NCBI GenBank assembly: GCA_937862885.1
Contig: CALMEE010000121.1
Location: 66,373-130,372, forward strand
DNA length: 64,000 nucleotides
Reading direction: 5' to 3'
Source: an uncultured Planctomycetaceae bacterium
GTDB lineage: Bacteria > Planctomycetota > Planctomycetia > Pirellulales > Pirellulaceae
Shown here piece by piece: positions 18,182 through 28,500 of the stretch (position 1 is the first letter of the stretch; each line of letters begins with the position of its first letter). The notes beneath the pieces were generated by a model that saw nothing but the letters and a program-made list of their open reading frames with translations, had not been told where the DNA came from and did not search any database. A program made the position numbers and the translations under genes.

Positions 18182-20377
18182 TTACGCGATTCTTCGGCGA
18201 AACATGGCCAGTCCCAACCCTAACACCATAACTAGGCCAGCCGATGAAGGCTCGGGGATGGCTGAAAGTGTAAACTGTAATTGGTTGCCGTTGAAAGCAA
18301 ACGTTCCGATAAAGCCCCCGCCATTGGTATACCCAAAGTCGGTGTCGGCGAAGTTGGTTGAACCAAAGTTGACCAAGTCATACGTTTGTCCAACTTGCCA
18401 ATCGTTGTCGACGAAGGTGAAATTCCAGGGGCCGAGCCCTGACTTATTCCATTCCCCCGTGATTGTGATCAGATCCGAATCAAGGGCACCCGTGCCGAGA
18501 TCAAACAAGATCGATGCCCCACTGACCCAGGTCAAGGCACCATCGAGGGTCAGGTGACCAGGCGACAGGCCTGGGGTGAGCAATGAGCCCATGCCCAACG
18601 TCAAATCGCCGATGATTGTGCCGTCGCCGCTGAGTGTGCCTCCACTGATCAGATTAGAGGTTCCCGAAAGTTCGAGTACCGCACCGTCGGTAATTTGCAA
18701 TAAACCGGCGATTTGATCGTAATTTCCGCTGACAGTCAACAGTGTCCCCGCGCCATCCAATCGCAATGTGCCATCGTGAACATTCAAACCAGCAGCCGTC
18801 GTCAACTGCCGTCCGCCGCTTTGCACCAACTCACCATTGATGGTGCCCAGGGTTAGGTCGATTGATTTGCCGCGAATGCTTAGATTGCTATTCGCACCGT
18901 GAAGTTGCACCGATGCACCCGTTCCGATCGTGTGGATATCAACTGGAGCGGTCGTGAAGGTCATGTTGGCACCGCCGCCGCTGTCGATCACTTGCCAATT
19001 CCCGCCCGCGATTTCTCCGGCAGCCGTGAAATTTGTAAAGATCGCATTGGTGGCTCCGCTGAACGTACTATTGACCGCTGCAAAGGTGCCTTGGTTTTCG
19101 TTGGTGGAGGCGAGAAAGTTCATCGTACCGCCCTCGGCCCGCATCACACCGTGATTGACCAGCCCCAAACTGCCGGCACGGACAGTCATGGTGCCGGAGT
19201 CCGCGATGATCGTTCCAAAATTCTCCAGTCCTGCCGTCAAATTAAGCAATAGACCCTGACCACGAATGGTGTGATCGGACCCATGAGTGATCATGGGGTT
19301 ATTCGTGCCATCAACGATGTTTCCGGTTGCCGAGTTCGTACCAAGGATCAGGACACCGTTTCCGTCGAGCGTCTGCGATTCGGTAAATCGTAGTCGGGTA
19401 GCCGAACCGGTTGAATTCAACGTCATTGTGCCGTCATTGGTCAATCCACCCTTGAGAGCGAGGACAGAATTATTGGTAATTGTCAGCGGACCGTCCACCG
19501 TAACTCCTTCGAAGGTAGTCGTTCCACTCGTCACAAAATATTGCCCTGTCCCTTGAGCTGTCAGAGTTCCGCCAATCATCGTCACTGCGCCACCTGTGCC
19601 GGAAGTTCCGCTAAGGAATTTGAGCTGCGAGCCGTCGAGCACCTCGATAATACCATTGTTCGTAAAGACACCACGATTGAGTTCAATTCCGCCAGTCCCA
19701 GTCGCTCGCAGTGTCCCATTATTAATGAACACATCTGGCCGAAGATCGAGCACGCCAGTTTGATCGCCAATGATCAAACCGTCGTTTGTCATGTCGCCAA
19801 CACCATTTAGAATAAGGCCTTGCCCTCGAATGGTGTGATTCGCACCGTGTGTGATCATCGAACCCGTTGTTGCTAGGATGCGGTCGCCAGTTGGTGAGTT
19901 GGCCCCCAATCGAATGGTCCCGTTCCCTTGTATTGTTTGAGTGCCGTTGAAACGCAGGATCGTGTCAGATCCCGTGCCGCTTAGCTCGATCAGCCCGTGG
20001 TTCGTCAAGCCTTGCAAACCCGGTCCACCGCCAAGAATGTTCAGGGTTCGGTTGTTTTCAATCACCAATGCATCGTCGCTGTCTATCGTCAATCCGTCGA
20101 TCGTGGGGTTCATGTTCAATGTGACGACTGATGGGGACAGGTTACCGCCATCGATTGATACGAGATAGGTGAACGAGGAGGAGTTATTGGGTACATTGGT
20201 CGAACTCCAATTGTGCGGATTACCGCCTGTCGGATTCCAAGTATTATCGCCACCCAACCAAGTCGCGGTTACTTGGACGGGTTGCCCATATACGACACTA
20301 GATACGTTACTAAACAGGCCGAATTGGCAAAGAACCAATAACAAGGTCAAACTTTTAATCAATGTCGCAAATTTCAT
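18182..20377 (-). CDS. PEP-CTERM-anchored secreted repeat protein (autotransporter-like beta-strand repeats)
   Basis: Start at MKFATLIKSLTLLLVLCQFGL (signal peptide) with a GGAGAT ribosome-binding site. The C-terminus IPEPSSAGLVMVLGLGLAMFRRRIA is a PEP-CTERM sorting signal. Internal repeats THGxxHTIRGQGLxLN occur twice or more, and the protein is Gly/Thr/Asn-rich. Confidence 0.75.
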   Translation of the reverse strand: MKFATLIKSLTLLLVLCQFGLFSNVSSVVYGQPVQVTATWLGGDNTWNPTGGNPHNWSSTNVPNNSSSFTYLVSIDGGNLSPSVVTLNMNPTIDGLTIDSDDALVIENNRTLNILGGGPGLQGLTNHGLIELSGTGSDTILRFNGTQTIQGNGTIRLGANSPTGDRILATTGSMITHGANHTIRGQGLILNGVGDMTNDGLIIGDQTGVLDLRPDVFINNGTLRATGTGGIELNRGVFTNNGIIEVLDGSQLKFLSGTSGTGGAVTMIGGTLTAQGTGQYFVTSGTTTFEGVTVDGPLTITNNSVLALKGGLTNDGTMTLNSTGSATRLRFTESQTLDGNGVLILGTNSATGNIVDGTNNPMITHGSDHTIRGQGLLLNLTAGLENFGTIIADSGTMTVRAGSLGLVNHGVMRAEGGTMNFLASTNENQGTFAAVNSTFSGATNAIFTNFTAAGEIAGGNWQVIDSGGGANMTFTTAPVDIHTIGTGASVQLHGANSNLSIRGKSIDLTLGTINGELVQSGGRQLTTAAGLNVHDGTLRLDGAGTLLTVSGNYDQIAGLLQITDGAVLELSGTSNLISGGTLSGDGTIIGDLTLGMGSLLTPGLSPGHLTLDGALTWVSGASILFDLGTGALDSDLITITGEWNKSGLGPWNFTFVDNDWQVGQTYDLVNFGSTNFADTDFGYTNGGGFIGTFAFNGNQLQFTLSAIPEPSSAGLVMVLGLGLAMFRRRIA

Positions 20378-20586
20378 CTCAGGATCTCCGATTCGTTGCG
20401 GATGGTCATTTTCCAAGCTATAGAAGGCGACAAAGCCCGATGGTGTGGACCAAAATAATTTCGATTTTGGGAACTTCCCATAGTTTTTGGGGAGTTAATG
20501 ATTCGTTAACACGACCTGGCGGGTTAAAATTAAATTGCATCCGCCCTGAATTGCAGGAAAAATAAATAACCGAGTTCTGATTTTCT

Positions 20587-21132
20587 ATGACCCCTAACCA
20601 GTCGCGACGACGCCTTGATGAATTGTTGCCTTTGGTATACGACCAAATGCGAGCATACGCTTCTCGCGCGTTGGAAACGGAAAGAGCCAATCTCTCGGTC
20701 CAAACTACGGATTTAGTGCATGAAGTCTATCTGCGACTGAGCCAGTTACGGGAAATCGATTGGGAAAACGAACAAGAGATTTTGCGCACGGCGGTAGCCG
20801 TGATGCGGCGTGTGTTGGTGGATCGTGGACGTCATCGACGCCGGCAAAAACGTCAGCCGACGGGAGTTCGCGTACAACTCGACGGTTTGGGTGATGGTAA
20901 ATCTGACAGCGACTCAGGCGTCGATGTGCTGGATTTGCACGAAGCCTTGGAGCGACTGGCCGCGTTTGACGAACGGAAAGCGGAAATTGTCTCGCTGCGG
21001 TGTTTTGGAGGACTGACGGTCGAGCAAGTCTCCGAGGCACTCTGCGTGTCGACCACGACAGTCAAACGAGAGTGGGCCGTGGCCCGGGCTTGGTTATTTC
21101 GCGAACTAAAACATGAGCCAACCGTCGAGTGA
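20587..21132 (+). CDS. ECF-type RNA polymerase sigma factor
   Basis: Region 2 LVHEVYLRL...DWENEQEILRTAVAVMRRVLVDRGR and region 4 HTH LTVEQVSEALCVSTTTVKREWAVARAWL. Its 3' end overlaps the kinase gene by 20 nt. Confidence 0.8.
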   Translation: MTPNQSRRRLDELLPLVYDQMRAYASRALETERANLSVQTTDLVHEVYLRLSQLREIDWENEQEILRTAVAVMRRVLVDRGRHRRRQKRQPTGVRVQLDGLGDGKSDSDSGVDVLDLHEALERLAAFDERKAEIVSLRCFGGLTVEQVSEALCVSTTTVKREWAVARAWLFRELKHEPTVE

Positions 21133-24100
21133 ACATTCTAATTGGCAGCGAGTCGAAGAGACGTTTTTGAGGCTCCTTGACTTCCCTCCAGAATCGCGTC
21201 GCGAGAAGCTGAACGAACTATGTGGCGACGACTCTCTCTTGGCGCACGAAATCTCTTCGCTGCTCGATGCCTACGATGCCTCCGATGGATTTCTCGAACA
21301 GAGTTCGTTGGGAATCGAATCACTCGTCGACGAATTACTGACCGAATGGCAAATTCCGGCTCAAGGTTTGGAAACCAAGCGTGGACAATCAACTTCCGAC
21401 CTTCAGATCGAAACGGACGTCAAGGCGTCGAACCTTGACATCAATCTGCGACTTGGAGACCACACCCGACAACTGCCTGATTTGGCCGATTTGCAACGGC
21501 TCATCAGTTTGGTGCGCGCTGATTATCGGTTGGACCAACTAATCGGACGCGGGGGCAGCGGGCTTGTCGTGCGGGGCTACGACCAGCGATTGCAACGCAC
21601 GGTGGCGATCAAGTTCCTCAACCCAGACCTAACCAAAGGCAAATTTGCGAACTGGCTCGAAAGCGAGGGACGAGCCGCCGCCGGATTGACGCACGATCAT
21701 ATAGTGCCGATCTACGAAGTGTCGCCGCCCGAATCACCGCTGTCGTTTCTGGTGATGAAGTGGATCGATGGCCCGACGCTCCGCGATTGGGTCAACGAGC
21801 ACGGCCCTCTCGAACACCGCCAAGCCGCAGAATTAACTCGCCAATTGGCCGAAGCGGTGGAACACGCTCACCGTTGTCAAACGGTGCATGGCGATATCAA
21901 ACCGATCAACGTATTGTTGCAAGTTCGAGAAGACTCAAGCACAAAACCACTTTGGCGGTCGATGCTAACCGATTTCGGTTTGGCCAGGAGGATCGACAGA
22001 CAATCCACCCCAATGGCCGGATTTGTCGGCACACCGGCTTATGCCAGTCCTGAACAACTCTTGAATATGGAACCTCCATCGGTCGCCAGCGACGTGTACA
22101 GTTTGGGAGCCACGCTGTACGAGCTTCTGTGCGGCGCACCGCCCTATCGCGGATCCCCCCAAGCGGTCATTCAACAGATGATCGACCACGACCCGGTTTT
22201 GCTTCGTTCGCTCGAGCGGACAATTCCCGCCGATCTGGAGAGTATTTGCTTCAAGGCCCTGTCGCGATCCCCCAGTCAACGTTATCGAACAGCGGGAGAT
22301 TTTGCCGCTGATTTGCAGCGGTTCCTCGACGGGCATCCGGTGGAGGCTCGGACGGTGGGCCCAATCCGCCGGTTTTGGATGGCCGTGCGCCGCCGCCCGT
22401 TGGTCAGCGGATTAATGGCCACCATTGCGGTTGTCATGCTCGTGGGCATCATCGCAAATTCGATCCAAGCCCGCATTGCACGCCATCAGCGGGACATCGC
22501 TGTGGAAGCTCGCCAAGCGGAATCCGAGCAGCGGCAAAAGGCCGAGCAGAACGAACAAGAAGCGATTCGAATGGCTGAGTTGGAAACCGAGGCCCGCCAG
22601 ATCGCCGAGCAAAGAACTGAGGAAACTCGCACGGTCCTCGAATTCGTCGAACAACATATCATCGCCGCTGCCCGTCCCACCAATCAAGAAGGTGGCTTGG
22701 GAAACCAAGTAACTTTGCGAGAGGCTATCGAATCGGCGGAGCATTTTTTTGAAACGGGTTTCTCCGATCTGCCGATCGTGGAGGCCCGTTTACGCATGAC
22801 GTTGGGCACCTCGTTTTTGTATTTGGGGCAGTTAGAAAAAGCGAAAAAGCACCACGAACTGGCGCACCAGATTTTTACCGATCAACTCGGAGCGGAGCAT
22901 GCAACGACGTTATTGGCAGAAAACTATTTGACCAACTGTTATTTTGCTCTGGGAGAATATGGCCGAGCCCGAGAGATGTACGCCGCCACGCTCGCAAAAC
23001 GTGAGCGAGTACTTGGTGCAACCCACAAACAGACGCTCGAAAGTCGCAACAACTTGGCCAACTGCTATTTTCATTTGGGACAAATTGAACAGGCTGTCGC
23101 CCTGAACGAGAAGACGCTGCAATTGCGGCGCGAGAGTTTAGGCCCCGACCATCCGGATACGCTCGAATCGGAAGGCAACTTGGCACTTGATTATGTCGAA
23201 TTGGGGCGTGCCGACGAAGCGTTTGAATTGATGTCGCGAGTCAGCGAGACGCTGCGCGAGCAACTGGGTCCAGAACACCCGAAAGTGTTGATGTCCCAAA
23301 GAAATGTGGCGTTTATCAACATCAGGCGAGGACAATTGGAGGAAGCACTCAAGCAGTATTTGGAACTTCACGAACTCGAAAAGCAGCACCTGGATGCCGA
23401 TCATCCAGACGCGTTGCAAACGATCGATCACATCGGAGTGATTTATGGCTTCTTGCGACGATTCGATGAAGCACTACCGTGGGCTGATCTGGCATTTCAG
23501 AAAAAACGATCCAAGCTCGGCGCACAACATGCCGAAACTCTTCGCGCGATGATGAACTTGGCGGGAACCTATTTACAATCCGAAAAATTTGAAGAGGCGT
23601 TTTCGATCTATCAGGAACTACGAACGCTGTACGCCGATCACCCGGATCTCGGACCGGATCCGCCGACCGGGGTGTTGTACGGAGCGGCAACGGCTGGCTT
23701 GCGCGTGGGAAACGGCTCAGAAGCCATCAAGTTGATTGATGAGTGTTTAGACCGGGCTAAAAGCGACCCCGAATATTTGCGAGTTGCCCCTGATTTTATC
23801 AATCTGCGGGTGCAACATTTCAGTGGTCAAGGCGATCTGGACGAATGCAAAAACTCGGCCGAAATTTTCGAGTCCCTGGGGCTCTCGTCGATTGAACATC
23901 TGTTGATCGCGGCGCGGTTAAGGGTCGTAGTAGCTGGATTGTCGCAGTTTGACGATCTATCGGCAGAACCCCCACCGGATTTAGACTCGCGGATACTCAC
24001 CGACACCAACGCCGATCTAGCCATTACCCACATACGCGCCGCCATCGAACGAGGACTTTCCAATCCGCAACAACTACTTCAAGACCCGATCCTCAAAGCG

Positions 24101-24148
24101 ATCGCACAGCATCCTGACCTCATCGCGCTCATTGGCAACGATGACTAA
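21113..24148 (+). CDS. Ser/Thr protein kinase with an N-terminal sigma-associated region, one TM helix, a coiled coil and C-terminal TPR repeats
   Basis: Kinase subdomains LIGRGGSGLVVRGYD...VAIKFL (Lys), HRCQTVHGDIKPINVLL, DFGLAR and GTPAYASPEQ. TM helix LVSGLMATIAVVMLVGIIANSI. Multiple TPR-like units (NLANCYFHLGQ, LALDYVELGR and others). Confidence 0.85.
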   Translation: MSQPSSEHSNWQRVEETFLRLLDFPPESRREKLNELCGDDSLLAHEISSLLDAYDASDGFLEQSSLGIESLVDELLTEWQIPAQGLETKRGQSTSDLQIETDVKASNLDINLRLGDHTRQLPDLADLQRLISLVRADYRLDQLIGRGGSGLVVRGYDQRLQRTVAIKFLNPDLTKGKFANWLESEGRAAAGLTHDHIVPIYEVSPPESPLSFLVMKWIDGPTLRDWVNEHGPLEHRQAAELTRQLAEAVEHAHRCQTVHGDIKPINVLLQVREDSSTKPLWRSMLTDFGLARRIDRQSTPMAGFVGTPAYASPEQLLNMEPPSVASDVYSLGATLYELLCGAPPYRGSPQAVIQQMIDHDPVLLRSLERTIPADLESICFKALSRSPSQRYRTAGDFAADLQRFLDGHPVEARTVGPIRRFWMAVRRRPLVSGLMATIAVVMLVGIIANSIQARIARHQRDIAVEARQAESEQRQKAEQNEQEAIRMAELETEARQIAEQRTEETRTVLEFVEQHIIAAARPTNQEGGLGNQVTLREAIESAEHFFETGFSDLPIVEARLRMTLGTSFLYLGQLEKAKKHHELAHQIFTDQLGAEHATTLLAENYLTNCYFALGEYGRAREMYAATLAKRERVLGATHKQTLESRNNLANCYFHLGQIEQAVALNEKTLQLRRESLGPDHPDTLESEGNLALDYVELGRADEAFELMSRVSETLREQLGPEHPKVLMSQRNVAFINIRRGQLEEALKQYLELHELEKQHLDADHPDALQTIDHIGVIYGFLRRFDEALPWADLAFQKKRSKLGAQHAETLRAMMNLAGTYLQSEKFEEAFSIYQELRTLYADHPDLGPDPPTGVLYGAATAGLRVGNGSEAIKLIDECLDRAKSDPEYLRVAPDFINLRVQHFSGQGDLDECKNSAEIFESLGLSSIEHLLIAARLRVVVAGLSQFDDLSAEPPPDLDSRILTDTNADLAITHIRAAIERGLSNPQQLLQDPILKAIAQHPDLIALIGNDD

Positions 24149-24196
24149 CCCTGAATCAAGCGATCCTGGAGTTATTCTGACCCGATATGACCCTAT

Positions 24197-24369
24197 GGGG
24201 TCATACCCTGTTTTCAGGTGTTTAAGTTATTTGTCAAGTTTTTTGTGATCGCTTCGAGGTCAGCCTGAAGTGCTCGGGATTTGACCAGAGTTTTCTCGGA
24301 AAAAATAAAAGCATAATGGACAGGCATTTGGTCGGTGAAATTCATCACCTGAAAACAGGGTCTGACCCC
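24197..24369. repeat. Near-identical 24-bp inverted repeats (23/24 match) flanking a 125-bp spacer, with an adjacent local palindrome; MITE-like element or large RNA hairpin
   Basis: GGGGTCATACCCTGTTTTCAGGTG (24197-24220) against the reverse complement of CACCTGAAAACAGGGTCTGACCCC (24346-24369), with one mismatch. The palindrome TATGACCCTA/TGGGGTCATA at 24186-24205 overlaps the left arm. GTCTGACC...GGTCAGAC (24361-24408) forms another small inverted repeat. Confidence 0.5.
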
Positions 24370-24702
24370 AACCTGTCTTCAGCTGTTTGGGCCAGCGGTC
24401 AGACTTGCAGGCCGAAACTTTTCGATTAGACTCATGGTTTCTCAGATATCGCTAAAAAGCGGGACAGGTATCCTGGCTGATCGTCGTTTGTCCCCTGCGA
24501 AGGTAGCTCAAGAATCACATTTTGTTTTCGGTAAGTGTAATCTGGAATCTAAAACTGTGGTTGCAATTGCATTCGCTGGATTGGAAAACTGGGCGACGCG
24601 CAGAAGTCGATGCATGCCAGATGCGAATCGATCGATATCTTCTGCCATGACAAGTGACTGGCTGGCCAGCTAGGTTTTTGTTGCCACAATTCAAAGGAGC
24701 CG

Positions 24703-25515
24703 ATGCTTCTCTCCCATCCCTACGAAGATTCAGTGCTCTTGTTGATCACGGGACAAGGCCGTTCTGGTACGACCGTGATGACCAAAGCAATTGCTGAGCA
24801 CCCGCAAGTTGCAAGCAACCGAGTTGAAAGCAACGTAATTCACGATTTGATCTCAGTTGCAATGCAGCAATTGACGAATCCCAGTCGAACCAAGCAAATG
24901 CTCGTCCAGCCAAATGAGTTTCGTCGAATCTTTCGGCAGATGATCCTGCATCTGCAGTTTCCCATTGGCCACTCCGTACTTCCCCACACCCCTCGGCCAG
25001 CGTTTTTCTCAACGTTTTCCGCGATGACGCCAAGTATTGCCGAACTCGCCACAGAGATTTTTCCCGGCATACGGTTTGTCAATATTGTCCGTAATGGGAT
25101 CGAGGTCGTTTCCTCCCGGATGAGGCATCGAGTCATGCAGGCTTATTCGTTTGAAGAGCAATGCTATGCTTGGGAGGCTGCCCGACAGATGATTGACTGG
25201 GGCGCCAACAGAGCGGATTTCGTTTTGGTTCGCCATGAATGGTTATTGGATGATGCCGAGTGTCGCAGGGCTTTCGAAACCATTTGTCGAGTCTGCGGTT
25301 TGGAGCCTTCACCCGTTTGCGCCGACTATGTTCACCATACACACCGCAACCAGACCAGCTTTGACGAAGAACCTGATAGCCACAAAAAATGTCTGAACCA
25401 GCGATCGGCACGCTGGCGTTACTGGACCGATGCACAACGCCAAACCTTCATCGATATCTGTGGTCCGAATATGCAGTATTTGGGTTATGAGATCCCGTGG
25501 GCATCATCCACCTAA
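24703..25515 (+). CDS. Sulfotransferase-family protein (putative)
   Basis: An AAAGGAG ribosome-binding site lies directly upstream of the ATG. TGQGRSGTTVMTK resembles the PAPS 5'-phosphosulfate-binding loop (PKSGTTW-like). RFVNIVRNGIEVVSSRM resembles the 3'-phosphate-binding motif. The call rests on motifs only. Confidence 0.5.
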   Translation: MLLSHPYEDSVLLLITGQGRSGTTVMTKAIAEHPQVASNRVESNVIHDLISVAMQQLTNPSRTKQMLVQPNEFRRIFRQMILHLQFPIGHSVLPHTPRPAFFSTFSAMTPSIAELATEIFPGIRFVNIVRNGIEVVSSRMRHRVMQAYSFEEQCYAWEAARQMIDWGANRADFVLVRHEWLLDDAECRRAFETICRVCGLEPSPVCADYVHHTHRNQTSFDEEPDSHKKCLNQRSARWRYWTDAQRQTFIDICGPNMQYLGYEIPWASST

Positions 25516-28500
25516 GATTCTGGCGGATCGTCATTTTCCAAGCGGTTGATCAGACGGTCGTAGTTCTTTTGCGTGAGTTTTGCGGCCTCGGCGAGCCCTT
25601 GGGCATCGGATGTCTTTTCAGCCAATGACAAAATGGGTTCCATCCAGGTTTGTAATACGCGAAATTGATTCCGCAACACGTTCAGGATCGAGTTAGGAAT
25701 TTTGTTTGTGATTTCAATCTTCTGTTGAGCAACCTGTTGCGGCAGCGCTGCGATTGCCTGCGCTTGATGTTCGTAAAGGTCACGCAATGCCTGGAGTCCT
25801 TGATTGAACTTTGCCAGCTCCGCCACACCTCGCGATAGCTCTCCCAACATGGCGGTATCGATGGTGCTTGGCACTTCTTCGGTCGGCTGGCTGAGCATTT
25901 TCGTACCGCGTTGTACCGTACGACTGATCTCATGCAGCCCTTCCGACACCAGATTAATTTGGGAAATGATCTGGCTTACTCGATCATCACCAGACGAAGT
26001 TCCTAATACAAGATTTCTTTGAAAACGACGGCGAATCTCGGCAAGTCGTTCACGTTGTTCATCACTCAGCTGTTCCGTCATTTCGCGGAATTTGAGCAAA
26101 TTCGACTCGGCATCGGTGGTCAACGTTTGCGCCTGATTTTCGTAATGCGAAGTGATTAGCGTCATCAACTCTGCATCGTTCATCATCGGTACCACGCGCT
26201 CCGCAATTTTGTTCATATCTCGATAGGAACCCTGCATACGAAAAGGTGGCTCGGTGCGATAGGCGTCAGCTTGAGCGGCCGAGTCGATGTACTCTCGGTT
26301 CACACGCAATATCACCTCGCGCACCCGCAACAGCTTTTGCAACACGTTAACAATTTCATTGATCTGTTCGAGAGAGTATTCTCCTTCCAGCGAGCCCTGC
26401 GCGGCCGAGCGATTCGTGGCCATCTCAATTAAGGCATAGGTATCTCGGCTGCTGCGCGCCTGCAGGGTACTTAGCGCGGGGTTGCTGGTCAAACTATTCT
26501 CAAGATAGCTCAGTTCAAACCAACGCAGGTTGTTGCCAATCACATCGCCGAGGTTATACGTGTCCGCACGATTGGCCAACATGTCCGGGATCTGGAATTT
26601 TTCTCCGCGCTCGGTGTACGGATTGCCGGCCATCACCACACACACTTTTCGGCCGCGCAAGTCATACGTCTTGGGACGACCCTGAAACACCCCTTCAATC
26701 CGACGCGTGGCATCGCATAAAGAAATAAACTTCTGTAACAACTCTGGATGACAGTGTTGAATGTCGTCCAGATAGATCATCACATTGTCTCCCATTTCCA
26801 ATGCCAGGTTTAGCTTCTCGATTTCCTGTCGAGCACTGGCGTGAGGTGCTTCAGCTGGATCAAGGGACGTAACATGGTGCCCAACCGACGGCCCGTTGAT
26901 CTTGACAAAAGTGATGCCCAAGCGATTCGCAACGTATTCCATCAATGTGGTCTTGCCATATCCGGGTGGAGACACGAGAAGCAACAGCCCCATCAAATCC
27001 GTTCGCTTTTCCTCACCGGCCACACCAAGCTGCTTGGCCAAATTCGCGCCAATTAGCGGTAAATAGACCTGATTGATCAGTTGGTTTCTCACAAACGAAG
27101 TCAATACCTTGGGTTTGAAATCGTCCAGCTTCAACTCCTCGCGGCGGTGCTCGACCAGTTGCTGTTTCAGTTCCATGTAACGCACAAAATCCGGCACGGT
27201 TACCGTTTCGAACTTATGCAGCCGCTGCATCACCTGGTGACAATTCAGTTCATAACCGGTCGATGTGAGTCTCGGGTGTTCGCCGAGGAGTCCATGTAAG
27301 GTCATCTGCTCCTGCGCGTCGAACACTTGTGGATCGCTTGCAGTTTGGTCGATGATCAGGGCAGCAACCTCGTCGACACAATGCGACTCATCGGCAGCGG
27401 AGTCGTCTCGTGCTTGTGCTGAAAATCCTTGCAACCAGCTAATCGCTAAATCAAATCGATCCAAGGCATTTAACGCCGACGATTTCATGTCGGAAGCAAA
27501 TGCCGCTTTGGTCTCATGTTGTCGTAGATAATTCGTGAAAGCTTGTTTGAGATCTTGGGCACGACGACTGATGACGAATCGCTGGAGCAGAGATAGTTGC
27601 TCGACCAGCGCGCTGGCTGCTTCAGCACAGAGCCCGCGAGCAAAGCGGGAGGCTTGGTCGCAAAATAGCTTTAGCTGCTCCTCAAGCTCGCGGCAGATCT
27701 GCCGTTGATCAACCTGATCACCAAAAATACCGCGCGCCCGGCCGAGGCTTTGCAGTTTAATCTCCAGAGACTTTTTCGCGGACTTCTCGAGTTGATTCCA
27801 AAACAAAATTCCCAGAACGCGTGCTTGCGGCGAGAAGCGTAATAATCCAAGCTCCCGCTCCAATTCCAGCATCGTATTGAGGATCAAGCGCGCATCCGAG
27901 TCATGAACGCCTTTAACGTACCCTTCCGTGTACCGAGGGGCCATGAACTGTTGCACTTCCAGGATTTGCTCTTGCGGCGTGAGGGCCAACCATTGTTGAG
28001 CGTCCAAATGAAACTGGGCAGCCCGCATCGCTTGCAACATCTTGTAAGCCAGATACTCGCCTCGGTAGACTTCTCGATTTTCCGATACGATCACTTGATC
28101 CCACACCGCCGAAGTTCGCAAAAATTCTTCGTCACGGATGGGTTCAAGAAAATTTGTGCCGCTCAGGTGGAAGAAGGGCGCGCGATCCCGCATGACAATC
28201 GTCAAGTCGAGCGGCTGCGTATTGACGGTAAAGCGATGGTCACCAAACTGGATAATGTTCTGGCCGTCAACATAAAGTTCCTGGCGATCTTTGAGTTGCC
28301 GGATGGCTTCTTCGCGAATGGTCTTTTGGCGACTTTGTAACTCATCGGCTTTGACGGTCTCTTCAAGTTCGAGCAGTTGCTCGACAATGTCGCGAACCTT
28401 TTCGACCATTAAATCCGAGGCAAAATAGCCATGAATCTCATCGATCGACTTAAGTGCGTTGACCCGTGAGGCGACACCTTTTAGTATCCGGTCAGCCGAT

